Shown piece after piece: positions 14,408 through 28,706 of a DNA stretch of 64,000 nucleotides; the stretch's first letter is position 1; each line of letters opens with the position of its first letter. The DNA is from the human T2T-CHM13v2.0 reference genome, Homo sapiens. The position numbers were made by a program, and so were the translations under genes. Below the pieces are notes generated by a model. The model was not told the DNA's origin, searched no databases, and worked only from the letters and a program-made list of their open reading frames with translations. The DNA is taken from the NCBI RefSeq assembly GCF_009914755.1, contig NC_060942.1; one strand, 5' to 3'.

Positions 14408-15336
14408 GTCTAGAAGAGACATCAGGTACCTTACCAGGAAAAGTAAAAAAAAAATAGCAAAATGGTAAATAAAGGAAAGAAGGAATGAAGGAAGAAAGGA
14501 AGAGGAGAGAGAGAGGAAAGAAGTAAAGGGAACCAAACATTTCACAAATACTTCCTATGCGTTGGCCACAAATTTGGTTATAAGACATAATTTAGTTTAC
14601 CTTGAAAAAAGCCTGATGAATCGTGCAAATTATGTAGTGTCTTATCAGGTTCAAAAAGATGACTTGTTCAGGATACCCAGAACTCTCCTAACATTAACAG
14701 TAGCTAGGAATGTCTCATAAAGAGGACTACTAGCCATCATAAAGAGGACTCTGAGTAAAAGAATTAACAACACCCTTTACAAAATCATTTGGGTAGTGAC
14801 ACAGCACATACTCCTTGGAAGCTTTTCTTATGAAATCCCTCAGCATTGACCAATGACACCATACAGAAATACAATCTATATAGGTAACACCACAGGAGAA
14901 TAAAACAGTATATAATGGGGCCCCAGACATGCAGCAGGGGTATTTCCGAGTCCTGGGAGATAATAGGATAAACTCATGGAGGACCTGTCCTTGAAGATGG
15001 ATATTTGGACAAAGGAAATGATGATGTCAGACATCAATGTTTTGTATATATTTTAAGTCTTTTAAATGTATTGAGTAAATGCATGAGGAATATGGAAAGT
15101 TAGTTTTCCCAATGACATCAAGTGTTTTGAGGGTTGATGTGATAAAACTTTGTATCCATAACACAGTGTTTAGGACATAGTAAATGTTCAATAAATAGTA
15201 GTCATTGAATTAAGCCAAAATAAAAGGCAGAAATATACACAACTGGCACATTGAATAGTAAGAAGACTGGCTTGACGGAAAAGGAAGACTAGGTGGAGAG
15301 GAATTCAAACATTTCCTCTTTCAGGAAGCTTTTCTT

Positions 15337-17189
15337 TTTTAAAAACTTATTTTTTGTATACTTAATTTGTTTAAACATTTATTTTAGGTTCAGGGGTACA
15401 TGTGCAGGTTTGTTATTGTGTATTGTGGGAGTTGGTGTACAGATTATTTGGTCAACTAGATAATAAACATAGTATCTGATAGGTAGTTTTCAAATTCTCA
15501 CCCTCCTCCCACCCTCCACCCTCAAGTAGGTTGTGGTGGCTATTGTTCCCTCCTTTGTGTTCATATGTACTCAAAGTTTAGCTCCCAATCATAAGTGAGA
15601 ACATGTGGTATTTGGTTTTCTGTTCCTGTGGTAATTTGCTTAGGATAATGGCCTTCAGCTCCATCCATGTTGCTGCAAAGGACATATCTTATTATTTTTT
15701 ATGGGTACATAGTATTCCATTGTGTATATGTACCACATTTTTTCATTTTAGTCTACCACTGATGGGCATTTAGGTTGATTCCACGTCTTTGCTATTGTAA
15801 ATAGTGCTGCAATGAACATACGCATACATATGTCTTTATAGCAGAACAATTTATATTCCTTAGGGTATATACCCAATAATGGGATTGCTGGCTTGAATAG
15901 TAATTCTGTTTTAAGTTCTTTGAGAAATTGCCAAATTGCTTTCCACAATGGCTGAACTAAATTACTTTCCCACCAGAAGTGTATAAATGTTTCCTTTTTT
16001 CCACAACCTCACTAGAATCCAGCATCTGTGATTATTTGATTTTTTAATAATAACCTTTCTGACTGGTGTGAGATGGTGTCTCATTGTGGTGTTGATTTGC
16101 ATGTTTCTACTGATTAGTGATGTTGAGCATTTTTCATATGCTTTTTGGCCATGTGTATGTCTTCTTTTGAAAACTGTTCATGTCCTTTGCCCACATTTTA
16201 ATGGGTTGTTTCTTTTTTTGCTTGTAAATTTATTTAAGTTCCTTGTAGATTTCTGGATATTAGACCTTTGATGGATGCATAGTTTGCAAATATTTTCTCC
16301 CATTCTGTTGGTTGTCTATCTACTCTGTTGATAGTTTATTTTGCTTTGCAGAAGCTCTTTAGTTTAATTAGGCCCCATTTATTAGTTTCTGTTTTTGTTG
16401 CAATTGCTTTTAGTATCTTCATCATGAAAACTTTGGCAGGGCCTATGTCCAGAATGGTATTTCCTAGGTTGTCTTCCCAGAGTTTTTATAGTTTTAGGTT
16501 TTATGTTTAAGTCTTCAAACCACCTTGAGTTGATTTTTTGTATATGGTATAAGAAAGGGGTCCAGTTTCCATCTTCTGTGTATGGCTAGCCAGTGATCCC
16601 AACACCATTTATTGAATAGAAACTCCTTTCCCCATTGGTTATTTTTGTTGATTTTGTTAAAGATCAGAGGGTTGTAGATGTGCAGCATTATTGCTGGGCT
16701 CACTATTCTGTTCTGTTGGTCTATGTGTCTGTTTTTGTATGAGTGTCATGCTATTTGGTTACTTAGCTTTGTAGTATAGTTTGAAGTCAGGTAACACAAT
16801 GCCTCCAGGATTGTTCTTTTTGCTTAGAATTGCCTTGGCTATTTGGGCTCTTTTTTTTCTGCTTTATTTTTTATTTTTATTTTTGTTTTTTTATTTCAAT
16901 GGGTTTTTGGGGGAACAGGTGGTGTTTGGTTACATGAATAAGTTGTTTAGTGGTGGTTTCTAAGATTTTGGTGCACCCATCATCTAAGCAGTGTACACTG
17001 TACCCAATGTGTAATCCCTCACCCTCCTCCCCTTTCCCTGAGTCCCCAAAGTCCATTGTATCATTCTTAAGTTGGGCTCTTTTTTGGTTCCATATGAATT
17101 TTAAAGTAGTTTTTTCCAGTTCTGCAATGAATGTAATTGGTAGTTTAATGGGAATAGCATTGAATCTGTAGATTTGCTTTGGCAATATG
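15337..17189 (-). mobile_element. L1PA15/16-type LINE-1, 5' truncated
   Basis: Antisense 3'UTR (ttcaggggtacatgtgcagg...gataggtagtttt...ccctcaagtagg) plus ORF2 relics (ORFs 15748-, 16515-, 16877-: [21 protein letters not shown]); TSD caggaagcttttctt/caggaggcctttctt. Confidence 0.9.
16857..17071 (-). mobile_element. L1PB1-type 3' fragment nested in L1PA16
   Basis: gggaacaggtggtgtttggttacatgaataag... L1PB 3' end; TSD ttgggctctttttt (16843-16856, 17072-17085). Confidence 0.85.
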
Positions 17190-17772
17190 CAGGAGGCCTT
17201 TCTTATTCACTCATCTTTAGGCTGAGTTAATCACTTCTCCTGAAGACTTCTTTCTCTGCCTACCAGGGGCTCCTACTAGGGAATTTTCAGACCATGTTGT
17301 AATTATTTGCTTACCCTTCTGCTCCCGTTTACTCTCCCTACCTGCCAACCCAGGTGTTCCTTGGATACAAAGACTCAGGGTTTTATACTGTTGTATCCCA
17401 AGCCTAAATTCTTAATGAATATTGACTGAATGAGTGGGAAGATTGGGCCTGATTACTGGAATAATTTTGAAGGAGTTTGATCTCCAACCTTTACAAAGAC
17501 TTTGTCCTACAGAAAAAAAAATTAAGTTCCTTGAGCAAATGAATTAAATAGATATTATTTTCTAGGAATATGAATGCTTTTATGTCTAGGTTTGCATAAG
17601 AAGTTACTAGAAATGAGACCAGTTCTGAAGCTGTTGTAAGGACAAAGGGCTGGAATGACAGGAACCAGAATTATGGTAAACAAGTAGAAAACAAAAAGAG
17701 TTGTCTCAGCAGGTTGTTTTTCATATCAAAATAGCTCATGCAGGAAAAAAAAAAGTTTAAAGTGAAGTTTTG

Positions 17773-18086
<314 letters not shown>

Positions 18087-18259
18087 CTACTTCTTTCTTT
18101 CCTATCACATGAAAAATTATTGCCCCAAGTCCAAAAATAAACGTTCTTCCCATGATTATTCACGTATCTTTAATACCCTTGGGGAAAAACTGTAACAGCA
18201 GCATGAATATGTCAGTAATGAACTGACATATTCATTAGGTTTTTCTAATAATGAATATG

Positions 18260-18508
18260 TCCTAGGTTGTCTTCCCAGAGTTTTTATAGTTTTAGGTTTT
18301 ACGTTTAAGTCTTCAAACCACCTTGAGTTGATTTTTTGTATATGGTATAAGAAAGGGGTCCAGTTTCCATCTTCTGTGTATGGCTAGCCAGTGATCCCAA
18401 CATCATTTATTGAATATAAACTCCTTTCCCCATTGGTTATTTTTGTTGATTTTGTTAAAGATCAGAGGGTTGTAGATGTGCAGCATTATTGCTGGGCTCA
18501 CTATTCTG
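18260..18508 (+). repeat. 249-bp near-identical copy of 16462-16710 (internal L1PA16 ORF2), flanked by fold-back hairpins
   Basis: Base-by-base comparison gives 3 mismatches and no gaps. Confidence 0.95.
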
Positions 18509-18614
18509 AGCCCAGCAATATTCAAATTCTGAATATGAATTTAATGACATAAGCCATTAGGTTTTTCTGCCTTGAAGGGAATGAGGATTAAAGGGAACTC
18601 ACATCTCTGAAAGA

Positions 18615-18815
18615 GTTGGGCTTGGGCTTTTCTTCTCCTCCAACACTAACATTAGAAAGTCACTTACCCTCTCCTAGTGTCTATTTCTTTATTCATCAAA
18701 GAAAGGATAATAATATTTTCCATAGCTTAGTTATGGGGCTACTGAGAACTGGGACCTTGTCTTATATCCAAATACTTAGCACAATGTAATAGTAGGCAAT
18801 CAGTAAATATCCGTC
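18615..18815 (+). mobile_element. MIR SINE, degenerate
   Basis: agaaagtcacttaccctctcctagtgtctatttctttattcatcaaa...ataataat; MIR core. Confidence 0.55.
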
Positions 18816-19673
18816 CGAAGAATGGATAAAGGAGACAATGAATATTATATTGCTGAGAAAAGTCTACACATCTTATAAATTTAATACCATTATAAAAAAT
18901 AAAGCTATCTCATATTTGTGCCATTTCATGTTAGAAATCACTCACAAAGAGAGAGGAAGTTTTTTTCTCACACTACACTGCTTGTTTAAGTGTAGCTGGT
19001 TGTGGGGCAGGGATAGAGGGGATACTGATGTGGAAGAAATAGTGAGACACTTTATTTCTTCAGTCTCAGGTATGTTGGGGGATGTTTATAGAGATTGGCC
19101 ATTTCTGTAGAAGATTCTGGATTCCACCCTGCTTGCCAGAGGCTTCTGTGTCAACAGCCAGAATGAACGTATGTCTAATTTTAACTCAAGTGGAGCAGAC
19201 ATTTATTTTGGGAAGACAGGATCCTTTTGAGAATGGCTGCAATTGCCTGTGGGTTGGATCAGAGTTGAATTTCTTGATCATTTTGCTTCACTATCGGGAA
19301 AGATATCATTGAATTTTTACCTGGCTCTGATATGATTTCTTCCTTTAACGTTCTAAAGGACGATTAGAAGAATTTATTTTTAATTCTCCAAGATGCCTTA
19401 CCTGTTGCACACTTCCTGGGATCTTTATCTGATTTAGCCTTCATATATGGCTGAGGGAAGTGTTTAAGCAGCAACCTTTGATGGTGTTTTAGGCGACCAC
19501 ATTTCCCTCACCCCTCAGGGCACAGCAGCTGTGATGAGAGAAGGAAACACTGGATTGAGAGTTAGATAGACTAGGAGTTCCTTCCAAGATCTTCTACTTA
19601 TTAGCACATAACCTCAGGCATGAGAACTACTAAAAGCTCCCATTTATTCTTACATAAATTACATAAATATGTG

Positions 19674-19676
<3 letters not shown>

Positions 19677-19710
<34 letters not shown>
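19677..19710. repeat. (AT)n microsatellite
   Basis: Direct read. Confidence 0.95.
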
Positions 19711-19713
<3 letters not shown>

Positions 19714-21416
19714 CATATATTTATATAAAATAATATTGCTTTTCTTGACCCCATAACTATGCCTGGAGCTTATGTCATTTATCTTAACACCTAAACCTTT
19801 CAAGACATATGTAAGTTATTATTCTTGGAATCTGTAAGGTCTAATTCCACAGTGATTCTTTATACCTTTTTATACTGCTTTAAAGATGGAATTGGGCATG
19901 AACAAAAAGAAAAGGATAAAGGAAATTTTCAAAGAATTTTTTCCAGATAAGGCTGCCTCTGTTTGGAAGCCAGTGGTAACAGTAAAGACCCCAACATGAC
20001 GGAACTACTTGGCTAGGAGCTGGTGACGTCTTACTCCCAGAGGAGTGAGTACAGATTGGTGTATTCTCAAGACCCTATGACCAAGTGCTGTTGCAGAGGT
20101 ACCTACAGGTCCATGGGGCAACTTCATTCTGAAAAGCATTCTATTCGAGTTGAGGAATGTCTGCTGGAATCTTCTCTATGCCTCAGTGTAGGGTATATGG
20201 TGCTGGGATAGTATAAGAAATGGTCCTTGACCTCTAGGAGTTCAGTTTATTGCAGGTGTAAGATATAGACCAAAGAGACAATCATAAAGCAATGATAAAC
20301 AGTGTATAACAAAATGTAAGTGAAATGCAATTCAAGTAGGGTGACAGAGAAATGGAATGCCTGAAATGCCAGCTCAGGTTCCACTAGCTCTGTAAGCTTC
20401 AGAAAATCACTTTATTTCTCTGGGATTCATTATGCCATCTTTTAAATAAGGGGCGTATGTACAGGTAAGAGGCAGATATACTCAGATCTCTTGCAGTAAA
20501 AATCCCAAGCATGCCTCTGACAAATTAGAATAAGACATCCTTTTCCCCAGGCAGGGCACATTGTTGGCTTGTTGAGCAGAGAATAAGTTATCAGGCCTCA
20601 CTTGTCCTCTTCTTGCCCCGCTTTGCACAGTGCCTAACCTGCACAGTGCCTATATTGCAGTCTTTGGTCTATCCTGGCTCTGATACTTGTTTGCCCTGTG
20701 GTCTTTAGCAAGTTATTCCCTAAGCTTCATCTTTCTTACCTGAAAAATGGAAGAATTATGTCCACTTAACAGCATTGTTTTGAGTATAAAGTTTAAAGCA
20801 AATATAAAATATTAGTCACAAACTAAGCATTTAGTGTCAGTTATGAGTGAGATCATTGAGACAATGTGGAAAATGCCATGATGTATTAAATAAGTATCAC
20901 ATTTTTGAAAGCCAAGGAGAGGAACACAATGAGCAAGATGTGACTTCATGTAGGAGATGTGCCTGCAGGTGGTCCTTGCAGGATGGTGGAGTTCTGATCA
21001 GCATCTACCTGGGATCACATAATTTAGGCAGGGGAATCTTCTTCGAGATCAGGGTAAGTGTAGTGTGTGACAGAGTGAGTGAGCAAATCCGCTTTCTTGG
21101 AATAGAAACTTGATATCAGGAATGTCAAAAAGAGGGCATGAGTATTCAGATGCTTCAGAGGATAAAGAACTATGGGAGAGATAATGATTGCTAAAGAAAT
21201 TATTTTGAGAACTCCTATTAAATGCATTTGGAATTTCTAGATCAAGTTTCCACACCACTTAATTTTGGTCTGTAGTTTCTGTTTCCCTATCTTCTGTGTG
21301 GATACAACCTAACATCTATCTTACTGGTTTGCCCTTCAGCTGTGTCTGGATTTTTTAATTATATATATATTTTTATTTATATTTTTAAAACTCTTTTTTT
21401 GTCATAGGTACCTACT

Positions 21417-21852
21417 CTTTTTTCCCCCCATTAGTTTTTGGGAAACAGGTGGTATTTAGTTACGTGAGTAAGTTCTTTAGTGGTGATTTCTGAGATTTTG
21501 GTGCACCCATCACTCAAGCAGTATACATTGTACCCAATTTTTACTCTTTTATCCCTCACCTTCTTCCCCCAAGTCCACAAAGTCCATTGTATCATTCTTT
21601 GCATCCTCAGAGCTTAGCTCCCCACTTATGAGTGGGAATGTACGATGTTTGGTTTTCTATTCCTGAGTTACTTCACTTCGAATAATGCTCTCCAGTTCCA
21701 TCCAGGTTGCTGCAAATGCCATCATTTCATTCCTTTTTATGGCTGAGTAGTATTCCCTGATATATATATGTGTATATATATGTATATATATATGGTATAT
21801 ATACATATATATACCACATTTTCTTTATTCACTCATTGACTGATGGGCACTC
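21417..21852 (-). mobile_element. L1PB1-type 3' fragment with internal TA expansion
   Basis: gggaaacaggtggtatttagttacg...gattttggtgcacccatcac; TSD aggtacctact (21406-21416, 21853-21863). Confidence 0.88.
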
Positions 21853-22468
21853 AGGTACCTACTTTTATTTTAATCTCCTGTTTTTGTTTTATAGGCTGTT
21901 TTTTCAAGAATATTATTTCATCCATTATCTCTCTGAGGATATTTAAATATTTTAAGAGCCTTTCAAATTACTCTGTTATCTCTGTTTCCTTTTATGGTGT
22001 TAGCTTTCTTCATATTATCGGTAGCTGTTGGTTAAATGCTTAGCTTCAAGAAAATTTTTCCACATAACTTTCCCACTGAAATTTTCATTATCTGTGAAAG
22101 TCTCCCTGTCAAGTGGCAAAGCAATACGGTTCTGTCCTCATTTCACCACCATGTTTTCTCCTGTCTGTCTGTATCTCTTTTGAGGAAGTTTCCTCATTTT
22201 TTTGTTTATACTACAAAGTATGGCTTTGAAGTAATTGATGTCTTTCTTACATATGCAATGGTTTTGTGCAAGAAGTGAAGATTTCAGGAAGTACCCAGTC
22301 CACTTTTTAGAAATCAGAAATCCAAAACTACCTCTTTCTAACATGTCCTATATGTCTAAAATGTTATAATTCTTTATGTTCCCTTAGGCATGTACCTACA
22401 TGTTAAGGCACATTTTCTGGGTTTTACATCTTCTTTTTGCTTTCTATTTCTTAAAAAGTTCAAATTGG

Positions 22469-22840
<372 letters not shown>

Positions 22841-22946
22841 TTACTGGACGCTGAATTTTTTTTTGAGGTTTGTGTTTAGCCTTATTTGTTATTCATTTCC
22901 AAACAAAACCAATGCCACGTTCAATTTTTCCACGTGATTTAGAGTT

Positions 22947-23142
22947 GCTGTATCCAATACGATAGCCACTAGCCACCCAGGGATACTCAAATTTAACTTA
23001 ATTAAACTAAAATTGAAAATTCAGTTTCTTAGTAACACTCGCCACATTTCAAGGGTTCGGTAGCCAGTGGATAGCAGTTATCGCAAAGGACAGCACAGAT
23101 AGAGAACATTTTTATCATCACAGAAATTTCTGTTGGATGCCA
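22947..23142 (-). mobile_element. MER3 (hAT-Charlie MITE)
   Basis: tccaatacgatagccactagccac...aaaattcagtt...gccacatttcaag...gaacatttttatcatcacagaaa... Confidence 0.8.
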
Positions 23143-23201
23143 TAGTTATTTGGATCATTGAGATTCCAGAGATATAAGCAGAATCTCTCCTAATATGTGT
23201 A

Positions 23202-23203
<2 letters not shown>

Positions 23204-23261
<58 letters not shown>
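23204..23261. repeat. Compound (TG)n(AG)n microsatellite
   Basis: Direct read. Confidence 0.95.
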
Positions 23262-23262
<1 letters not shown>

Positions 23263-23466
23263 TTTCATGTATAATGCAGAATTTCTTCAGTAAACAATAT
23301 GGAATATGACTGGCAAAAACTAAGAACACAGTTTTTTAATATATTTGACTATATTTGTTTAGATCCTTTAGCTAAAACCATATGAATGGGCTGTGAGTTC
23401 TTCACTGGTGCAAGTCCACTTGGAGTGGTCTCAACTCTACTGCTGTCTGTGCCCTGTACCTCCCTC

Positions 23467-23784
23467 TCCAAGATAAGAACCCAGCAGGGTTTGTATCCTC
23501 TGAGGCTTCCTCTCTGCTTGACTTGCAGATGGCCATTCTCGTGCTGCCTCTTCACATGCTCTTTGCTCAGTGTGGGTTCATCCTTGCCATTTCTTATGCC
23601 TGTCCATATTTTCTTTTCTTATAAGGACACCAGTCAGATTGAATTAGGGCTCCCCCTAACATCCTTATTTTAACTTAATCAGCTATTTAAAGGTCTTATC
23701 ACCAAATACAGTCACATTTAAAGGTACTGGGTGGTTAGGGATTCGACATATGAATTTTAAGGGAACACAATTTAGCTCATAATA
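23467..23784 (-). mobile_element. MLT1A-type MaLR LTR, partial
   Basis: tcttataaggacaccagtcagattgaattagggc...ccaaatacagtcacatt...aaggtactggg...acatatgaattt. Confidence 0.85.
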
Positions 23785-25799
23785 GATAATGTCCTTAGAA
23801 CTGAAGAAAATATAACCAACTCATGATATACTTAGAAGGCTATGAGTTCCCCTGATGAATTTAATTTTTTGTATAATTGCACGTCAAGTAGAAAATCCCA
23901 GTGGTTCCACCATGTTAGTTCCATGTAATTAGTGTGTTGGTTATCGGTATTTATTTTTCCTCACTAGTGAGGGTGCTTGGGACCTAGGAGTGAATATTTC
24001 TTCTAAAATCATGAAGAAGGTTGTAGAGTCATCTTGGGATTGCCATTCAACTTCTTTGCATCTCTGTATCCTCCAGTGTAAAATGGAAATAATCACAACT
24101 GTCTTATAATGCTGTTTTCAGTTATTTTCTACAAAGTATCTATCACAAACCCTATTTCGTAGTTCATGCTTTATAAATGTCTTTTGGAAAAAGAAGAGAC
24201 TGAGTCTGTACTGACTTCCAAACAACCTATATTTTTAAAAATTTCTTCATCTAGATTTTTTTCCCCTTTACTGACAAATTTAAATGCTCAGTCAATGCAG
24301 TAAGGCCCATGTAATTAAACACTCCAGTCAAAAGAACTCTACCTTACTAAGATTTAATGAAGAACTCAGAAGTATTCAGATGCAATAGACATAAGATTTT
24401 TTCCTCCACCAGAAGATTGCTGGCCACCCTTGCACAGAATACCTTGGGCTAGGGGAGTCATCTAGTTTGAAACAACCTCTATTCCTGTGAGTTTTCTCCA
24501 GGGAGAGCCACAGTGCTCTTACAATCCATCTGGAACTCCCTGGAGGAGCTTGCTCCATTATGTGTCTCTCAATTAATTATACCATGCCAAGAAATAACTA
24601 AGACACCAATACTTTTGAATTGGAAGGAAATCTAATCTTTTCTCCCATCCAATATAGGTGACCTTTCTTCTGCACTCCTTTCCTCCAGCCTCATGGGCAC
24701 TTAGGCATATCAAGCTCACCCCAAGAATTCCTACCACACATTGAGATAAAAATCTCCCTGTCTATCACTTCCAGTCCTGAAAGCAATTGCAATTCCCCTA
24801 AGTCCAGCCTTAAAAATGGCCTTTAAGCCACATTTATGGACTAGAAAGAGAACAAACTCATTGATTTAATGAGATCATCCATGTTTCACTAACAACAGTT
24901 TTAAAATGCTGTTCTGAGGACCATTCCTGCAGTTCAAGTTTGCCTGTTGTGAATTGAGTCATTACAGGTATGTGGGTGAGTGGATGATGCCAACCTTATG
25001 GAGAGCTGATTGAATGATTAATGGCCTTGGCTTCTGATTTTAGAGGTTCCCATTAATCACAAGGGATTGAGTCTTTTTCATGAAGACTCTGTTATAGCTT
25101 CTCCTGCCATTTCCTCACTTCCTTCCTAAAGTGAGTAAGATGGATATTTTTGATCTTGGAGTGTGGAAACCATTTCTTATAAATCCCTTTGGAAATTTCT
25201 GGACCAAATTACCCTAAAAACACATTTCTTAATCCTATACTATTTGAACCACTCTGAAACAAGAAGAAAATTGGTAAAAATGCCAATGAATGCACTCCTG
25301 CAGCTTGGTCTGTGAAGTTATTATCTTTATCATGGGGAATTTCAAGAAAAGCATTTATAGAGGTCTTAATTAAAGAATACCACTATCATTGGAATCATTA
25401 AAATGTCAAAGAAGCTGTATTTGCCACCAGTACTGTCTCTTGACCATGGATGGATAAAGAGTTACAAGAGATAAGAGCACGGTGAAGGGAAATTAGCCCC
25501 ACAATAGGGACACAATATTTGGGGTCAAATCCTGGTTCTGAAATTGACTGACTTTGTTGCACATAACTCTTACCTGCCTCAGTTTTCACATCAGAAGTAA
25601 CAAAAGAGGAATCAAGATAAGGTTATTTGAAGAGTATGGAAAAATCTGTATAAATATTAGTCAGATTCTTACCTAAACTTCACTGACTTCTTTCTTCTGT
25701 CCTTTATGACTCCAAGATTTTAGTCATACTGTGCAAAATTGAAGTGGTTTGCTCAGATAAATTTTCAAAGTCAGCAACAAGCTAATCAATGGGACTGAA

Positions 25800-26020
25800 C
25801 AATAGCATGGTGAGATGGAAAAAAATGGGGGTCATACATTCCTGGGTTTAAATTCTCACTTTACTTACCCATGTATCCTTAAGTAAGTTACTCCACTTCC
25901 TTCATTTAATCTTTAAAATAATATTTACCTCATAGGATTATTGTAAGATTAAAAAAGATAATATATATCTAAAATAGTTGCATAATGCCTGGCACCTATT
26001 AGGTACTCATTAAATATTAT
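25800..26020 (+). mobile_element. MIR SINE
   Basis: cctgggtttaaattc...tacctcataggattattgtaagattaaa...tgcctggcacctattaggtactc. Confidence 0.7.
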
Positions 26021-26744
26021 ATATACATAAACGCCTCTTCCTCCCCCTCTTTTTCTTCCTTCCATAAAAGTCACCTAATCTCTGATCAGTCAATGTGGAA
26101 CTTGTGATAGGGAATGGAGGAGACAGAGGATAGAGTGAGCAATAGATTCAGCTGGAGCCAGAGAGTCTGCAGGACAGGAAAACAATCTACCAAGATCTTG
26201 CCCATCTGTTAAGGAATAGGAATTCTGTAATAAATTTATTCTCACCTCCCATCACAGACCTCTGATGGGTCTTCCCTGCAATATGGTGGAGAAGCAGAAG
26301 AAAGGACAAGGAAGGATTCTTGATCTTAAAAGTTTCTACAACCGCCCTCCTACGAAATCTCATTTCCTAGGCCAGGACACTTGGCTGAAAATAAACTGTG
26401 AAGCTCTCTGAGCCACTTGGAAAAATGCCAAGAAGTTGCATTTTTGACTTGTAATTCACATAGAAAATGAGAGCATTTCAGATTTTGTTTGCATGTAACT
26501 GTATTGAGGGTTCCCTTCTTCTCAAAATGAAGCTGCTTGGAACCTCTTCACAGTAATATTTCTCTACCGTGAGTAAGTCATAAATACTCAGGGCCGTTCC
26601 TGCCAATCTAACAAACCAAGCTGAAGTGGACCCTGGTAACTGTTGACCTCAGGGCTCATTGGAGGGGACTGGCTGAAGTCTTCATTAGGCAGGCACCTGG
26701 AAGGCTTAGGAGGGCCCCGAGGCAGCTCCAGGGCATGTGAAGAG

Positions 26745-26945
26745 CAGTGTTACAGCCTCAGAGACATGGATACCAGTCCAGGCTCAAACATGACTTGTTT
26801 GGGACCTCAGGCGGGTCTGTTGAGCTTTCAAGGACTCAATGCCTCCTCTTTAAAATGTGGATAATGATCATTATACCACTTTACCTCACAATGATGGGGT
26901 GAAGATTAATGCTGATTATAGTTGTGAAAGTGTTGTATAAAAACA
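26745..26945 (+). mobile_element. MIR SINE
   Basis: ggactcaatgcctcctctttaaaatgtggataatg...tacctcaca...gtgaagattaa. Confidence 0.6.
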
Positions 26946-28706
26946 AAACACTATTATTATCTTTAGTAATAGTCTTCTTAAGTCTTGCCATAGCTGCCCT
27001 GGGACTGTAATCTATGGGACCACTTTATAATGAGCTCTTTTGGGAATTCCTCTGACCAAATTTCCTTGGATGCCATTCAAATTGGACCAGTATCATAGTC
27101 TTAGAGAGTGTTAAGAGCTAGAAGCAATCATAATAGATCTAATTTAACCCTCTCATTTTACAGAGGAGGAAGAGTCCTAAAGAAAGAGAAGAACTTGCCC
27201 TAGGTCACCCACGTACAAAATAGAAAAGTTGGTGTAGGAGCACACAGCCATGCATAGTGCATACACTGAATTCTACTTTTACACAAAGTGTACATAAACC
27301 AAACCCACTTCTTCCTTTCATGGCAGTTATAGGTATGGATTGATCCCTCCCCCTTTCAGACTTTGAGTCCCTAAATAGTCCTCCCTAGTTTTCAATTTGC
27401 CAGTGCGATCTCATTTTACTTACTGCCACAGTGAGCTTCTTAAAGCACATGTCTGATCACAACACACACACACATGCACACACATATTTTAAAGCTTCTC
27501 CATTATCTTCAATATAAATTTAATATTTTTTAAGTAGAGGGAATAAGTCATTCTAGGATCAGCCACGCTTCCATCTTACTTTTGGGCTCCCTTTCACATG
27601 GACTTGACCCTCTAAGCCTCCTGACCTTGCCATTTGCCTTCCATGATTTCCCTTCTTCCCTTTACGAGTGATCTTCCCTCTCCCTCGAGTCTTCTTTCCC
27701 CACTCCATTATGTGGCAAATCCCCCCAGTCGTCCATTATGCAACTTTCTCTCCCCACCCCCAAGCCTCTAGTCATAGGTACTTTATTCTCACCCCACACA
27801 CCTGCTCATTTTAACATCTGCACACCATGCAAGTTGGAAAGGGAAGATCAGGGTTGGCATAACTGAACTTTAAAGTCTGTGTCAATCTCAAACTTCTAGC
27901 AATTTGTGCAGTCATTGAGGAATGGAGCTTTGGGGAAGACTTTTGATGTAGCTGTAGAAATTTGAAAGATAAAAGAGTTTGAAAAAAGCAGAGAGAAAAA
28001 GATATATCAATATTTGCTTGTTCGTGAAATGTTTTATAAGACACTTAAAGCTGTCTGTCACCCAAGTTATATTATAATGTCCTTTACAGTCAGAGTGCAT
28101 GTCTAATTCTTGACTCTTGCTCATCCCTGTACCTCATGCCCAAACCGTGCTCTATATGCAGAGGTGAGGTGGTACAATTAGGCACATTTGTCTTAGAATA
28201 TCGCAAAGGAAAATAACACTACTCTGTCAGTTTGGCCGCATACTGTCCTCTCTCCTTTCTCCTCCTCCTTTCCCTCTTCCTCTCACTCCTCCTTCTCCAG
28301 GTACTTCTCAGGGGAAGGTATAGGAAGGCTAAGAAAGAATGTTCTAGATCACTCAGAAGGCACTGTTCAGTTGCTTTTGTAACCCCATTCCATCCCAGAC
28401 TAAGTGAAGAAAATTATTCTAAAAACACAACTCAGTTATTATAGAATAGCTCTACAGATTTTTAGTGCCTATATTGTTCAAAAGCACCATTATTAGATGT
28501 CATAAAAACCTATGCAGCAGGTGGATACCAATGCTATGATGTCTGTGTATCAGACAGAAAAACTGAGTCTAAGGGGGTTTATGTTACAGACCTAATTGGA
28601 AATGCTTGTCTTGGAAACCAGGGCCCTGACTGCCTATTTTGTGATCACCAAGGGCAAAGTGCTTCTGCAGACAGAGAGAACTTGAGCCTCCTATTTACCC
28701 CTTTGG

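Noticed and set aside
15748-17185. ORFs with L1 ORF2 similarity
   Set aside because: Short broken pieces of a 5'-truncated L1; no intact retrotransposon in the window.
18203-18261. Hairpins as miRNA precursor or terminator
   Set aside because: Stems are 13-14 bp and sit at insertion junctions; better explained as repair products.
21758-21817. TA-rich palindrome
   Set aside because: Common TA expansion at this position of L1PB 3' ends.
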